From Raja brachyura (Eukaryota): a DNA stretch of 64,000 nt. Both the position numbers and the translations under genes were made by a program. The DNA is taken from positions 31,558,001-31,622,000 of the forward strand of contig OY740813.1 in assembly GCA_963514005.1 (NCBI GenBank), in the 5' to 3' direction. Below the pieces are notes generated by a model that saw nothing but the letters and a program-made list of their open reading frames with translations, was not told the DNA's origin and did no database searches. This document shows positions 34,310 through 46,823 of this stretch, piece by piece (position 1 is the stretch's first letter; each line of letters starts with the position of its first letter).

Positions 34310-36027
34310 ATGAAAGGAGCAGTCGTGGTATTGCTTGCTCTGCATGTAATCATGGTAAAAAGTATTAATAACTGTGATAAATGTTATCCTATCAGATACG
34401 GAGGGCAGACAACCAGATCATTTACCTATCATTCCCATGTGAACGATGCTTGCTATAACCTGAGGACTAGAACTATTTGTGAGGACGGGGGAAAGAAGTA
34501 TTATATGGTAGAGAACAGGGGATATGTAGGGAGATTTGGGCACGTTACCTGCCCAAAGGGGAAGAGATGGGTTTGTATGACTAGGATAGGACAGTTAGGT
34601 CTCCCTTTTCATGCCTTAAGATGGACATTAGACAAAGTGAAGGAGGAAGTAATACAAAGGTTAACGGAAGTAGTAGTCACCAAGCCTCCCCCTCCCCTAC
34701 CTACTCAGCCTCAATTGCACCAGACAATGTATGAAGAAATAAAGAGGCAGATTGAGATCCCTGAAGGAGGGAAAAACTTGTTTGTGGACTTGGTTCTCCA
34801 GATAGCTGGAACCCTGCATGTGACTAACTGTTGGGTCTGTGGCGGACCACTGATGAGCTCACGTTGGCCGTGGAGAGGATCCATTGTTAAAGTATGGGAC
34901 CTGATGGAGTGGAACCTGACAGTTGGACAAGACCGAGATCCCCAGGCATGGGTCCTGACAGATGCTCCGGTTGGGACTGAGTGTATCTCTAGGCCCTGGG
35001 TAAAGGATGCCGTCCCAGTAGGCAGCAGCCCCTGCCAGCGCATCGTCCCAGTGGCCAAATCAGTCCCAAGTGTGGTGGCAAGAGGAGCCTAGATGGTATC
35101 CGACTAAGAAAGACGGAGAAACTGCACTATCTGGAAGAAGACTGATGGAATGGGATCGACTGGACTATGGAACTGCACCGGGAACAACCCTTATCAAGGA
35201 ATTCCGGTGTTGCGAGATATATGGAACAAGGTTACCTCTAGTGGACCGGCCCCTGAAGGACTGTTATGGATATGCGGACACAAGGCATACTCGGTGTTGC
35301 CAACAAATTGGAGCGGGACTTGCATCATTGGACTGGTACAACCGGGATTTTTCCTGTTAGACACTGAAGAAGGGCGGTCGCTAGGGACACCTGTATTTGA
35401 CGACCGATATCGGAAGAAGAGGAAAATAGACATTGGAGAATGGGAAGATGATGAATGGCCACCTGCAAGAATCATCTCATACTATGGACCAGCCACTTGG
35501 GCACAGGGTGGATCATAAGACTTCAGGCAGTACTGGAAGTAATTACCAACCAAACTGCGGTGGCACTGGATATGTTGGCAAAGCAGCAGACACAGATGAG
35601 AGCAGCAATATACCAGAACCTGTTGGCCCTAGATTACCTCCTGGCAGAAGAAAGAGGGGTATGCGGGACATTCAACCTCTCTAATTGCTGTCTAAACATC
35701 GATGACAATGGACAGGCTGTAATGGACATATCAGAAGGAATCCGGAAATTGGCACATGTTCCAACCCAAAAGTAGAATTCGATTATGGAAACCCGATGGT
35801 GGGATTCCATCCTCGGAGGAACATGGTGGAGAACAGCGGGACTCGTGTTTCTATGTGCAATGTCTGGGCTGATCTTTCAGATGCAGGCTGCAGTGCCTAT
35901 GGGAGAGAGAGGGGCAATACCGAAAATAATGATAATGCGACCAGGGAAGGTCCAGGATCCACAGGAAGAGGAGATTAGGAGAATGTTACTTCAATTCGAA
36001 TTGAAGGAGCTTGAAATTGAGGTTTAA
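34310..36027 (+). pseudogene. env: Retroviral env (gamma-type, ERV3/HERV-E-like), disabled
   Basis: Signal peptide MKGAVVVLLALHVIMV, CWVC motif, furin site [53 protein letters not shown]6CC ([10 protein letters not shown]) and a TM segment. Frameshifts at about 35050-35150 and 35510; stop at 35773. Confidence 0.9.
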
Positions 36028-36061
36028 TCAATAGATGCGTAGCAAAAGAAAAAGGGAGGAT

Positions 36062-36710
36062 TGTGAGGGATAAAGTGATTAAACCCCACTATTGTAAGGA
36101 TTCAGGAGAGGATTCTAACTTGTAAACAGGATTCTAGCCAATAGAGCCAGGGAGAAGATGTTGACACAGCTGGGAATGGGTTTATCAGAACTGTCCTTGA
36201 GTGAGGATGGATGGCATAGTATAGCGTAGAAGGGAGGTGATAGATGGGACCCTTGTCAGTAGGGACTAGGGATGAAAGGGACCCTTGTCAGTAGAAACTA
36301 GCTTTAGTTCAGATATTAAAAAAACTGAGATAGGTCAGTTGGAGGTGAGAAAACTAGGCCAGGTCAATTGCAACTGGGCATGCTTAATAAAATAAATGAA
36401 TATTACTTATACGCCCCTAGTCGAGAAATTGCTCATTACCATGCACATGTATGAACATGCTATGTATGATGTGGGTGGTACTAGGGGATGTACCTATAGA
36501 CTGTGCACCTCAGTGCTCTGATTGGGAAGAGCCAGAAGGGGAGGTTAAGTCAGCATAATTGTGAGTATAAAGGGGCTTTACTCTTCTGACTTTGGTGTGT
36601 CTCAATTTGGAGAGGCACCCGAATTCTGCAGATTCACAAATAAAAAAGCATTTCTTGTTTCGATGATTTAGTCTCTGAGCAGTGATTGTGAGCACAAACT
36701 ATATCTCACA
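36062..36710 (+). repeat. ERV 3' LTR
   Basis: TGTGAG...CTCACA inverted termini directly after the PPT; TATAAA at about 36567 and AATAAA at about 36639. Confidence 0.82.
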
Positions 36711-36867
36711 CTTAAAAAGAAACCAGGGTTCGTGGTCGCCCATAAGGGCCAGCCTATGACCCAGCAGGGCCGAGAGCCTGCGGTCAGCCAGGCCGGTCAT
36801 CCGCAAGATTTGGGTCGCCCACTCGGCCTCACTGAGGCCAAACATACGAACGAGTTGGGCCTTCAGG

Positions 36868-37900
36868 TAGGTATGTTGCAAAACTTAGCTTTAGCGGCGC
36901 TGCAAATCTGCCGCTCCCCGTGTGCGCGACTTTGGCGCCTTTCAGAGGGGGCGGGCTTAAAGTGCCGTTTTTCGACAGACTGGGATAATCGATGAATGTC
37001 GGGCGATTTTGTTGCGAAAGAAAAATCGCTCCGACATTTCATCAATGAAGGTATTTTTAAATTACTCTAAATTATTTGTTAACTAGAGTAATTTAAAAAT
37101 CACCTTCAAAAGCCGTGAGCGCCGACAACCGGAAGGATTTTGCGTAGGGGAGAAAAAAAGGTAAATAGTTTATTTTTATATTAAAAGTTGGTTTTTCGGG
37201 AGGCTTTAATAATATTTTTATGTTGCGAAATGGGGTCCCAAAAAATGTATGAACAAACAGTATTTTTCCTCCCGACTTCACCGCTAACCGCAACGTTCCA
37301 ATCCACCACATTCCACTAAAACCCACTCGCTAGTTGATTTAAATGGCCATTAATTTACAGGAATCAAACACTAAATTCCTTCCATTTGGCCCAGAAATTC
37401 ATGAAAGTGAGATTTAAAAATTATGTTATATTGTGGATTATTGTGTGAATGTTATTTGGACACTTGGGCAATTTAAAAAAAGTTTATCTTTTCTTAAGAA
37501 ATGGATAGATGTTTAGATCTACTCATTGAATTTTGTAATTAGCTACAATTAGATAACTAACTAATTATATGCTTTAATTTCAGGTAATCCAAGTAAGATT
37601 GTTTAATATTTGTTTCAGAATGCTTCAATCTATAATAACTGAAAATTTCATTGAGTTCTCTTAATTTTTAAGAAAGTTATGGGCTTTTAACTTTTCCAGA
37701 TCACAGCTTTTGAGTTAAATCAATTGAAAGGCAATGGGGAGCAAGATGCTAATTTCCGAGTGTGAAAATGGCCATAACTTTCTTAATACTGAAGATATGA
37801 AAGTAAATTAGGTGTCAAATTAACCTTCTTTTTATGCTTTATCTGATGGGATAAATTGCAGACTTGATTTTTTAAATCTCAAAATTTTGTAACATTGCTA
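36868..37900 (-). mobile_element. 7-bp-TSD DNA transposon, copy 2, inserted in Gypsy gag
   Basis: Reverse complement of 3801-4831; flanked by CTTCAGG (36861-36867 and 37901-37907). The gag frame continues across it (NKNEALK|AQLVRMFGLSE). Confidence 0.9.
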
Positions 37901-38239
37901 CTTCAGGGCCTCATTCTTGTTAGCCACCAGGAGGGAGCTGAGAAAGGGCTTGACCCGTCGTGCAGAGGCCTGGTCGAGGGCGCTGATGATATAATAGTAC
38001 TTAGTGCTATATGCCGTCACGCCCCGCAGTGCAAACTGCGCCTCGGCCTGGTCAAAGCATATTTCAGGCTCGTCGGTCCACAGGGTCGGCAACTTCAGCG
38101 CGACGGTGTGGTGATCGGCGGGGCCGGCCTCGGCCAAGGGCGGTTGACCGGAATGGTCTGTGGGAGGTTGACCGGGTTGTGCGTCCTGAAGCATATTCGG
38201 GTTCATCTCAACTTGCGACTCAATGTCGAGGGTCACCAG

Positions 38240-38448
38240 TGTAGCGAGTGCGTGGAAAGCCCGGAATGAAGGCAAGGAGTCAGGTGAATTCTGTAAAGGC
38301 TTTAATTAGTGCAACACACTACTTCAGTGGGAGCCTGAAGACTGACTGCCACTCCTCTTATACTCGTAGCCGGGCCCCACCCCCGGACCAGTCCATTAAG
38401 TGCCAAGTGGGGTGAACCAGGGAGTAGTCTACTTCCCAGGATCCGCCA
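38240..38448 (-). repeat. Gypsy 5' LTR
   Basis: Ends ...CTACA on the minus strand, followed by the PBS (gggtcacca, 38230-38238 on +). Confidence 0.88.
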
Positions 38449-38879
38449 TGGTGTTTTGTTTTTATTTCAGATTTTCAGCAGCTGCAGTTTCTGGCTATTG
38501 AGTTCTCGTGAAAGGTCTTTGATCTGATCCGTTATTCGACTGTTCCCAGACAGATGTTGCTCGACGTAAATACTTCACAAGTCACGCATTTCCTACTATT
38601 ACATTCCAATGGATGTCATTGCAGGGTTCATTGATCTCCCATTACATTCATTGCACTCTAGCTCTGAGAGTAAAAAGTGTGGCTGCTGTCACACTGCACA
38701 GTGGGAGCCAGCACTGCTTCATAGAGTGAAGAATAAACAGAAAATGCTGCAAACACTTAACAGATCAGACAGTACCTATGGAGAGAGAAGCAAATTCAAT
38801 ACTTAGTCCAGAAGTCTGCATCATGCTGAAGTGGTCGATGACCTGTTGTTTTTAAGCATGGGCCTCAATATCACATCCT

Positions 38880-40700
38880 TCTAATTCCCAATGAATACAA
38901 GCCCAGGCGACCCACTCTTTCAGCATATGTCAATCCCGCGAATTAACCTGGTGATCCTATGCTGCACTCCCTCAATGCCAAGAATGTTCTTCCTCAAATT
39001 TAGAGACCAAAACTGCATACTAAGCTCCAGGTGTGGTCTCACTAAGGCCTTGCACAACTGCAGTATGGACCTCCTTGCTCTTAAATGCAAATCCTCTCGC
39101 AGTGAAGGCCCAACATGCCATTAGCTTTCTTCACTGCCTGCTCGACCTGCATGCTTACTTTCACTGACTGGTGTACAAGCACACCCAGGCCACGTTCCAC
39201 CTCCCCTTTTCCTAATCTGACATCTGATAATAATCTGCTGCCTTGTTCTCAATTCAATTCCATTCAATTCAATCTTTAATTGTCATTGTGCAGTGTACAG
39301 TACAGAGACAACGAAATGCAGTTAGCATCTCCCCAGAAGAGCGAACATAGAATAATGAACAGTAAAAAAATATATATATATGGACAAACGGTATCAGTAG
39401 TGGAATTATACTGGTGGAAGGAGTGTCCGGGGGGGGTGACTGGCAATCACCGAGGTGCAGAGTTAAGTATTGTAACAGCCGCAGGGAAGAAGAAAAAGAA
39501 GAAGAAGAAGACAGTTCTTGCCACCAAAGTGGAAAAACTCGCATTTGTACACATTGTACTGCATCTGCCATGCATCTGGCCATTCACCCAGTCACCCTGC
39601 AGCATCACAGCATCCTCCTTGCAGCTCACACAGTCACTCAGCTTATTGTCATCCACAAACGTGGAGATGTTACATTTAATATCCTCACCTAAATCGTTAA
39701 TCTATACTAGACCAAGTGGGACCCTCCGACGTTTTGAGGAAGATACAATGAATACAGACAGAGAGAGACACACACTTTTATAGGTATAGAGATCGAGATC
39801 GTAAATGACTGAAGTCCCACCACTGCAGTGTATCCACGTTGAAGGAAATTACCCGAAATTCGGGAAATTCTGGTTGTCCTCGGGTAATTTTACGGAAATT
39901 GAATACATTTGGGAAATTTCCGCATGCGGCGCACGAAGGAGTGTAAAGGTAATACAAACAGCAAGGGGGAGAGAGGGAGAGTGGGAGAGAGGAAGGGTGA
40001 AGGAGGGAGGGAGAGAGGGAGCAGGACGGAGTGAATAAAAGAAGGAGGAAGGGAGAGAAAAAAGGGGAGAGAGAGGAAGAGAGAAAGGGAGTGAGGGGGA
40101 GGGAGGGAGAGAAAGAGGGAGGTGGAGGGAAGAGAGCGTGAGAGGGGGAGCGCGAGAGAGGGGGAGCGCGAGAGGGGGAGCGCGAGAGGGGGAGAGAGTG
40201 AGAGAGGGAGAGAGGGAGGGACGGGGAGAGAGGGAGGGATGGGAGAGAGGGAGAGGGAGAGAGGGTGGAAGGGAGGGAGCAGAAACTGAGACACATGAGA
40301 GCAGGTTGAAAAACCAAAGACAACGAAAGCTGTTGGAGGCAACGAAAGCTGTTGGAGGCAACAAGTTGCATAACACTGTACATGTGGGTAATAGAAGCAG
40401 GCAGTTACATAGATCTGTTTTGCCTTGTTCTTCTTTGTGTTGTTAACGTGTGCCCGTGAAAAAAACCCAACAAATAGCACACAAGAAGCATTTTTGAAAA
40501 TTTCAGGAAATACCATAAAATTCCAGGAAATTTGGGATTCTATTGAATTTTTTTTTTTAAATGAGGTGTGGAAGCATTGCACCACTGAGCCTTGCTGCAC
40601 CCCACTAGTCACTGCCTGCCATTCTCAAACGGACCTGTTAATTCTTAATCTTTGCTTCCTCTCTTCCAACCAGTTCTCAGTCCATGCCAATACCATACCG
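38880..40700 (-). mobile_element. Degenerate CR1 with nested inserts (Rex-like tail at 39250-39490; GA-rich element at 39706-40570)
   Basis: CR1 RT motifs on both sides of the inserts (LKFRDQNC; [14 protein letters not shown]). Confidence 0.65.
39960..40290. repeat. GA-rich polypurine low-complexity tract
   Basis: About 330 bp almost entirely G/A, including GAGAGGGGGAGCGC repeats. Confidence 0.9.
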
Positions 40701-41139
40701 CATGCGTTGAGACTTCGCTCCCCCCCCCCATGATTTCTTGACTGTACCACTTTGTCATTTAAGTTTCTTTTCATCATCTGTGTACCTACAATATTTCAGC
40801 AGTCACTTTAATCATAGGTCCTCGTGTATGAAGGATAAAGGGACCTACCTATTTCCTTAACCCAGGCCGTTTCAACTTTTCATATTTAAAATGATATTTC
40901 CCCACTAGTCTCCTCTGATAACAGAAAATATTCCTAACATCCTGATTTTCCTTCTGTTAAAAAAAAATTCTGGCCCTGTTAAAAACCTCAGATCTCCTCT
41001 GCATCCTCTGCAGTGCAACCACATAACCACATACATCTCTGCTGAAATTTAGTAACCAAAACTGTATATAGTACTCAAACGACAGACTACCGCACAATTT
41101 ATACCAAAACCTCTTTGCTCTTATATTTTATACTTCAGT

Positions 41140-42560
41140 TATAGTCACATAGTCATCGAGCGATACTGTGTAGAAACAAGCCCTTCGGCCCAACTTGCCC
41201 ATACTGGGTAAATGTCCCAGCTGCATTGGTCCTGTCTGCCTGTGTTAGGCACATATCCTTCCAAACCTGCCCATTCCATGTACCGGACTGATTCTTAAAC
41301 GTTATGATAGACCCTGGCTCAACGACCTCCTCTGGCAGCATGTTCCATTCACCCACCAATCTTTGTGTGAAAAAGTTACCCCTCGGAATCCTTTTAAATC
41401 TTTTCCCCTTCACATTAAACCTATGTCCTCTGGTCCTCGATTCACCTACTCTGGGCAAGAGACTCTACCCAATCTATTCCTCTCATGATATTATTCACCT
41501 CTATAAGATCGCCCCTCATCCTCCTACACTCCAAGGAATAGACTAAGCCTACTCAACCTCTCCATAGAGCTCAGACCCTCTAGTCCTGGCAACAGCATCA
41601 GAAATCTTCTCTGTATCCTTTCCAGCTTGGCAACATCTTTCTTATAACCTGGTGCCGTACTGAACTCTAAATGCGGCCTCACCAATGTCTTATACAACTG
41701 CAAGATTACCTCCCAACTTCTATACTCAATACTCTAACTGATGAAAAGCGTTTTGTCCCCCCCTATCTACCTGCAACCACCATGCACCTGCACACCCAGA
41801 TCGGTCTGCTGTACCACACGCTCCAGAGCCCTACCATTCACCGTGTAACATGAAACCATCCTGTATGTGTTTTTAACCACATGTATTGGTACATTTACGG
41901 ATATGTGGACTCCAAGGTTCTTCAATTCTGCTCAATCCCCCCCCCCCCCCCATTTATTGTGTTCCCTTGCCTTGTTGCAATTGCATTTCACACAGTGGAG
42001 GAGGTAGATGAATAGGCTTAACACTGAATGTTCAATATTTGACATTTTTACCTCCCATTTTAGAAACAAAGAAAATAGGTGCAGGAGGCCATTCAGCACC
42101 GAGCCAGCACCGCCATTTATTGTAATCGTCCCCAATCAATAACCCATGCCTGTCTTCTGCCCATATCCCTTGATTCCACTAGCCCCTAGAGCTCTATCTA
42201 GCTCTCTCTTAAATCCATCCAGTGATTTGGCCTCCACTGCCCTCTGTGGCAGGGAATTGCACAAATTCACAATGCTCTGGGTGAAAAAGTTTTTTCTCAC
42301 CTCAGTCTTAAATGGCCTCCCCTCTTATTCTAAGACAGTGGCCCAACATTGGGAACATTGTTCCTGCATCTAGCTTGTCCAGTCCTTTTATAATTTTATA
42401 TGTTTCTATAAGATTCCTCCTCATCCTTCTAAACTCCAGTGAATACAAGCCTAGTCTTTTCAATCTTTCCTCAAATGACAGTCCCGCCATCCCAGGGATA
42501 AACCTCGTGAACCTACACTGCACTGCCTCAATCACAAGGATGTCCTTCCTCAAATTAGGA
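41140..42560 (-). mobile_element. Two CR1 3' fragments
   Basis: ESRTRGHRFNVKG..FFTQRLV and LYSLEFRRMRRNLIETYK motifs. Confidence 0.75.
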
Positions 42561-42904
42561 AGGACATTTCCTTCTTAAAATCTTGAATACAGTCACTGGT
42601 AAAACCTATATGTCTCACACATGCCAACAATATACACTTTTCACGTACTACCATGGGCAATTGTGTTTTCACATTTGCTCCAATGAAAATTGTGGAACAT
42701 CATGATAGATTTGATAACAAATACATAGGACAACAACGTACGAAATGTGATTCCAAAGGAAAGGATTTTGGTGAAAGGGGATGGGGGGTGATTGAAAAGT
42801 GGAATATTGGTGAACATCCAGGTGGACCACAAAGAAAGGGAAAAGAGCAGAGGAATTTTGTTGTTTAGTTATATAAAATCTAAAATGATGGAATTCAGAG
42901 TTCA

Positions 42905-43250
42905 TATTGTCCAGTTTGCCTTTGGCCTCACTCTGGCAATGCAGGAGACGCCCAGGACTGAGAGGTGAACATGGGAAGTGGTGCTAAAAGATTAACAACC
43001 TGAAGATCCAGCAGGCCTTGGTGGACCAAGAACAAGTGTTTGGCAAAACCGTCACCAAGTCTACCGTTGGCCTCGCTGATGTAAAAGAGTCGATATAACG
43101 TGAACAGTAGATGTAACACTGTCGCTATAACATCCTCCGTCACATCCATCACAGGACCCCAGCAGTCCTTCCAGTGAGACAGAGGTTCATGTGCACCTCC
43201 TCGAATGTCATCTACTGCATTCGGTGTTCCTGATTTTGATTTGTACAAAT
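42905..43250 (-). mobile_element. Penelope-like GIY-YIG endonuclease fragment
   Basis: LFYISEANGRLGDGFAKHL resembles the Penelope motif LYIGETKRRLGDRFAEHL. Confidence 0.55.
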
Positions 43251-43397
43251 ATTAAACCAGGAAAGATTGTGCTTGTGCATTGATATTCAGCAACAGTTAA
43301 GTTGCCATCAGGATAATTGATCAAAGCAAAATTTTAAAATATTTTGTATAAGTACCACATACTATGATCACCTAAAACATCTAAAGAACTGTGTGAC

Positions 43398-43865
43398 GTG
43401 TCATTCCCCAGTCAGAAAAGGTGGTATGTTCCTGAATATAGGGGAAAACAATCCCTACAAGAAATTGTAAACCCTGTGCATAAACAGATGAAGCTAAAGT
43501 TAGACCAAAAGCAGTCATTACGACAAATGTTGTCAGCATTAACCTGTAAAAAATATAAATCCTGCATAAATGTAGATAATGGCTTCTGGTCACATCTAAT
43601 CCTCAAAAATGACATGGCTTTTGATGGTTCACAATATCAGTGAAGTAGACTCCCCAAAATGTTCAAAATAGCCCACACATATTTTCGGCAGGAGTTGTGC
43701 AGACTCTACAGGGAATACAAGATACTTGTGCATATGAAAGATGACGTATACTGTACAGCAGACACATTTGATGAACATGTAGCACACATTAGGAATGTTA
43801 CTGAAAAACCATCAGAGGCTATGAAATTAACATTAGAAAATCTCAACTATGTCGATCAGGAATAA
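43398..43865 (+). pseudogene. Foamy-virus-like (spuma-related) reverse transcriptase relic
   Basis: Two ORFs in the same frame separated by one TGA (W to stop): PSQKRWYVP..KQSLQEIV...KKYKSCINVDNGFWSHLI...AFDGSQYQ*SRLPKMF...LVHMKDDVYCTADTFDEHVAHIRNV. Confidence 0.6.
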
Positions 43866-44349
43866 CGGCACAGTAGTCGGATGGCAAAACTTTGTAAGAC
43901 AGACTAAAAGGTCTGTGGACCAAAGCTAAAAAATCTGGAATACAGCTGAAAACAAGCTATTTTATTGTGTAGGATAATGAGGATATATTAGCCTATTCAT
44001 CTTTGTGGCGCTTCTTACTGGCTCCAAACCAATCACCCATGTTGAGTCCCTTCCTTGTTGGTCCTGATCCCAGGGTGCCGGTTGACATTACCTCATTACT
44101 TGTGTCCTGAGAAGGAGTTGCTGTTCACAGTTCTGTCCTGGTTTTTGTCAGTTGTAACCATGTTCGCAACTTGATCGTTGACTGCGGTTTACAACCCGTT
44201 CTTATCAAGGAGTTAGAAGTTGGTAACAATCTCACTCCGTCAATACAGTAACTTTATATAATATAGTTTGTAAGACTTTATATACTCTATTTTGTTAATA
44301 TGTTGCTTACTGCTAATAATGCTATTATATCCTATTATTATGCTAACAA

Positions 44350-44668
44350 TGCTATTGGGGGAGTCCAGAACAAGGGGTCACAGTCTAAGGATAAGGGGGA
44401 ATTCCTTTAGGACCGAGACGAGGAAAACATTCTTTACACAGAGAGTGGTGAGTCTCTGGAATTCTCTGCCACAGAAGGTAGTTGAGGCCAGTTCATTGGC
44501 TATATTTAAGAGGGCGTTAGATGTGGCACTTGTGGCTAAAGGGATCAGGGGGTATGGAGAGAAGGCAGGTACGGGATACTGAGTTGGATGATCAGCCATG
44601 ATCACATTGAATGGCGGTGCAGGCTCGAAGGGCCGAATGGCCTACTCCTGCACCTAATTTCTATGTTT
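44350..44668 (+). mobile_element. CR1 3' fragment
   Basis: LGESRTRGHSLRIRG...[14 protein letters not shown] plus 3' UTR. Confidence 0.85.
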
Positions 44669-45834
44669 TATCCTCATGGTTTACTCCTTTGACATTTATA
44701 TTTAAGCCAATGTGTCTTACTGCATCAGGTGTATTATCTGTATCATGTTTATTATCCATTACATGTTTTACCAGGATGAGAAATATGGCTACCCTTGAGG
44801 AACACTATACTCCTGATAATCTTTTTACCTATTTGTTTACAACTTCTTCAGAAAAGGCAATGTAACCATAAAGTCTCTGAGGCCTGCAAATCATTGTCTT
44901 GTCACAAAATGAAATGATTTGGATATATTGTGTTGCGTGGTTACTATTTATGTGTAGGCATATATTGTGTATGCAGTACTCGTACAATGCAACAAGTAGG
45001 CACAGAGTACTACGCAGCACCATTGCCATTTGTTTTATACTTCATGTTACAAGAACAATCTGTATAATATACTGAAAATATTCCATTGTCTGATAGAATG
45101 GATTGGGTAGCCATTGCTCAGTTAAAGTTTTGTAGAGAAATGGAAATACTGGGAAAATGGATTACATGCTCCAAATCAGACCTAATTGCTAATAAGATAA
45201 GATAAGTGGAGATCTGGACATACATATCTGGAACCAACAAAATGGGAAGAAACTATGTAAGTGGTCTGGTTTGAGTCCAAATGCCAAAATACAGCACCCA
45301 CGGGTATTCACTACCATGGGAGGAAATTAAACATTCTGAAACCTCATGCTGGTCATTCGGATTGGGTAAACCAAGCAGAAACCTCAACATGAAGTGTTTA
45401 CCCTTCCTTACCTCAGTACATAGAACTTTCAATGAAACACAAGGTTACAAATCCAAAGGAAGCAGAATATAGCAATACAAAATTTAATGAAAGAAAAATT
45501 AAGTATTTTGTATATAGAGTCATAATCTTACATCATGGAAACAGGCCCTTCGGCACAACTTACCCAGAGCGCCCAACGTCTCAGTCACACTGGTCCAACC
45601 TGCCTGCGTTTGGCCGATATCCCTATAAACCTATCTTGTCCATATACTTGTCTACCTGTTTCTTAAATGTTGCGATAGTACCTGCCTCAATTACCTCCTC
45701 TGGCAGCTCGTTCCGTACATCTACCACCCTTTATATGAAAAAGTTATCCCTCAGATTCTTATTAAATCTTTCCACTATGTCCCCTGATTCTCCAGTCCTG
45801 GTTTACAAAACTTACTTTCAAAAGAACTGGACTA

Positions 45835-46823
45835 CAGCAAAACCCTCGTTATTACGGACATCTTTATAACAGGTTTTGGTGATAGCGGACAGAGCATCCC
45901 AACAGTAATCACGCCACCGTCTGTTTAGGAATAAAGACTGTTACATTACAGAGGCCTTTAGAAAATTTGCAAGCAAATGCTTTGATTAACACTTGTTTCA
46001 TGATGGATACAAAGTGCTGGGGTAACTCAGCAGGTGAGGTCTCTTTGGATAGCATGCACAGGTGATGTTTCAGGTTGAGACCCACAGCTGGATCACGCTG
46101 TGCACCCCACTGTCACAAGGCCGAGATTAGCAGCGTTGCCTGGAGACACGCCAATGTTGACCGCCTCCTCTGTCTGAGACTGGGACAGGTTAATCTGCCG
46201 TCGACCCACACCATGGCCTCAGCTGATTCCAAACCAGTCGTACTGAACCTCACCTCCAGACCATGCTGTAGACTCTACCCCCGGCAACCACTGCTTCCCT
46301 GGCCACTTCAAGGCAGGACCTACCAAACATCATTGCCATGCCGGCCTGCCGACATCAGACCGCACCGCTTCACCGGCAGCTTCCACGCCTGACCTACTGA
46401 TACCACCATCAGCCCACACAGCTTCCTCAGCCACTCTTCCAGACCATGCCAGCCACCGCCACCAACAACTCTGGCCTCACGTGGGCCAGGACCATGGACT
46501 CTGCCAGGCTTCTTCTCACCTGACCAGCTAGCAGGCTGGGGCTGTCAACTCACCTGGATTCCAGGCCCAGTTCCACACCGAGAGTCTAAAGAAAGGTTTT
46601 GACCCGAAACATCATCTACCCATGATCTCCAGAGATGTTACCTGACCTGTTATTCCAGCACTTTGTGTCCTTTTATGTATTAATCAGCATCTGCAGTTCT
46701 TTCTTTCCACTACTTGTGCAATGAAACTATTACTCGGTAATCACATTCGGTTATAGCAGACAAGCACCAATAAAAGACACCATTCTGCCCCCATGCTATG
46801 TCCGTTATGACGAGGGTTTACTG
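45835..46823. mobile_element. Tc1/mariner (pogo/Tigger-like) MITE containing a Penelope palindrome
   Basis: TA|CAGCAAAACCCTCGTTATTACGGAC ... GTCCGTTATGACGAGGGTTTACTG|TA: TIRs of about 24 bp with TA TSD. Confidence 0.75.

Larger units (their letters stand above)
31040..36710 (+). mobile_element. Endogenous retrovirus (class I-type env), 5' LTR missing, inserted in the Gypsy element
   Basis: Decayed pol (PHVFNQMLKADL, VSRKKLLFCQQQVEYFG, AQLAEIK, PYEMLFG, GDWVLVK..LQPRWTGQYLVLLTT), env, PPT aaaagaaaaagggagga and a 3' LTR. Confidence 0.85.
25066..38448 (-). mobile_element. Gypsy/Ty3 LTR retrotransposon (CsRn1-like) with nested insertions
   Basis: Two ~210-bp LTRs (25066-25282 and 38240-38448). 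PBS TGGTGACCCTCGAC next to the 5' LTR, complementary to the tRNA-Trp 3' end. G-rich PPT at 25283-25297. gag (VALKLPTLW..AEAQFALRGVT), RT (SPWASPL, YPVPHI, FLRMPFGLKNA, YIDD), RNase H (LTVDAS, TDHKPL) and integrase (HIHVDIVGPLP, SDRGPQF) occur in Gypsy order. Confidence 0.92.

Noticed and set aside
34244-36027. Domesticated syncytin-like env gene
   Set aside because: Several frameshifts, a premature stop and a deletion around the fusion-peptide region.
39778-40612. Ser/Leu/Pro-rich ORFs of 175-240 aa
   Set aside because: Produced by the stop-poor GA/TC low-complexity tract.
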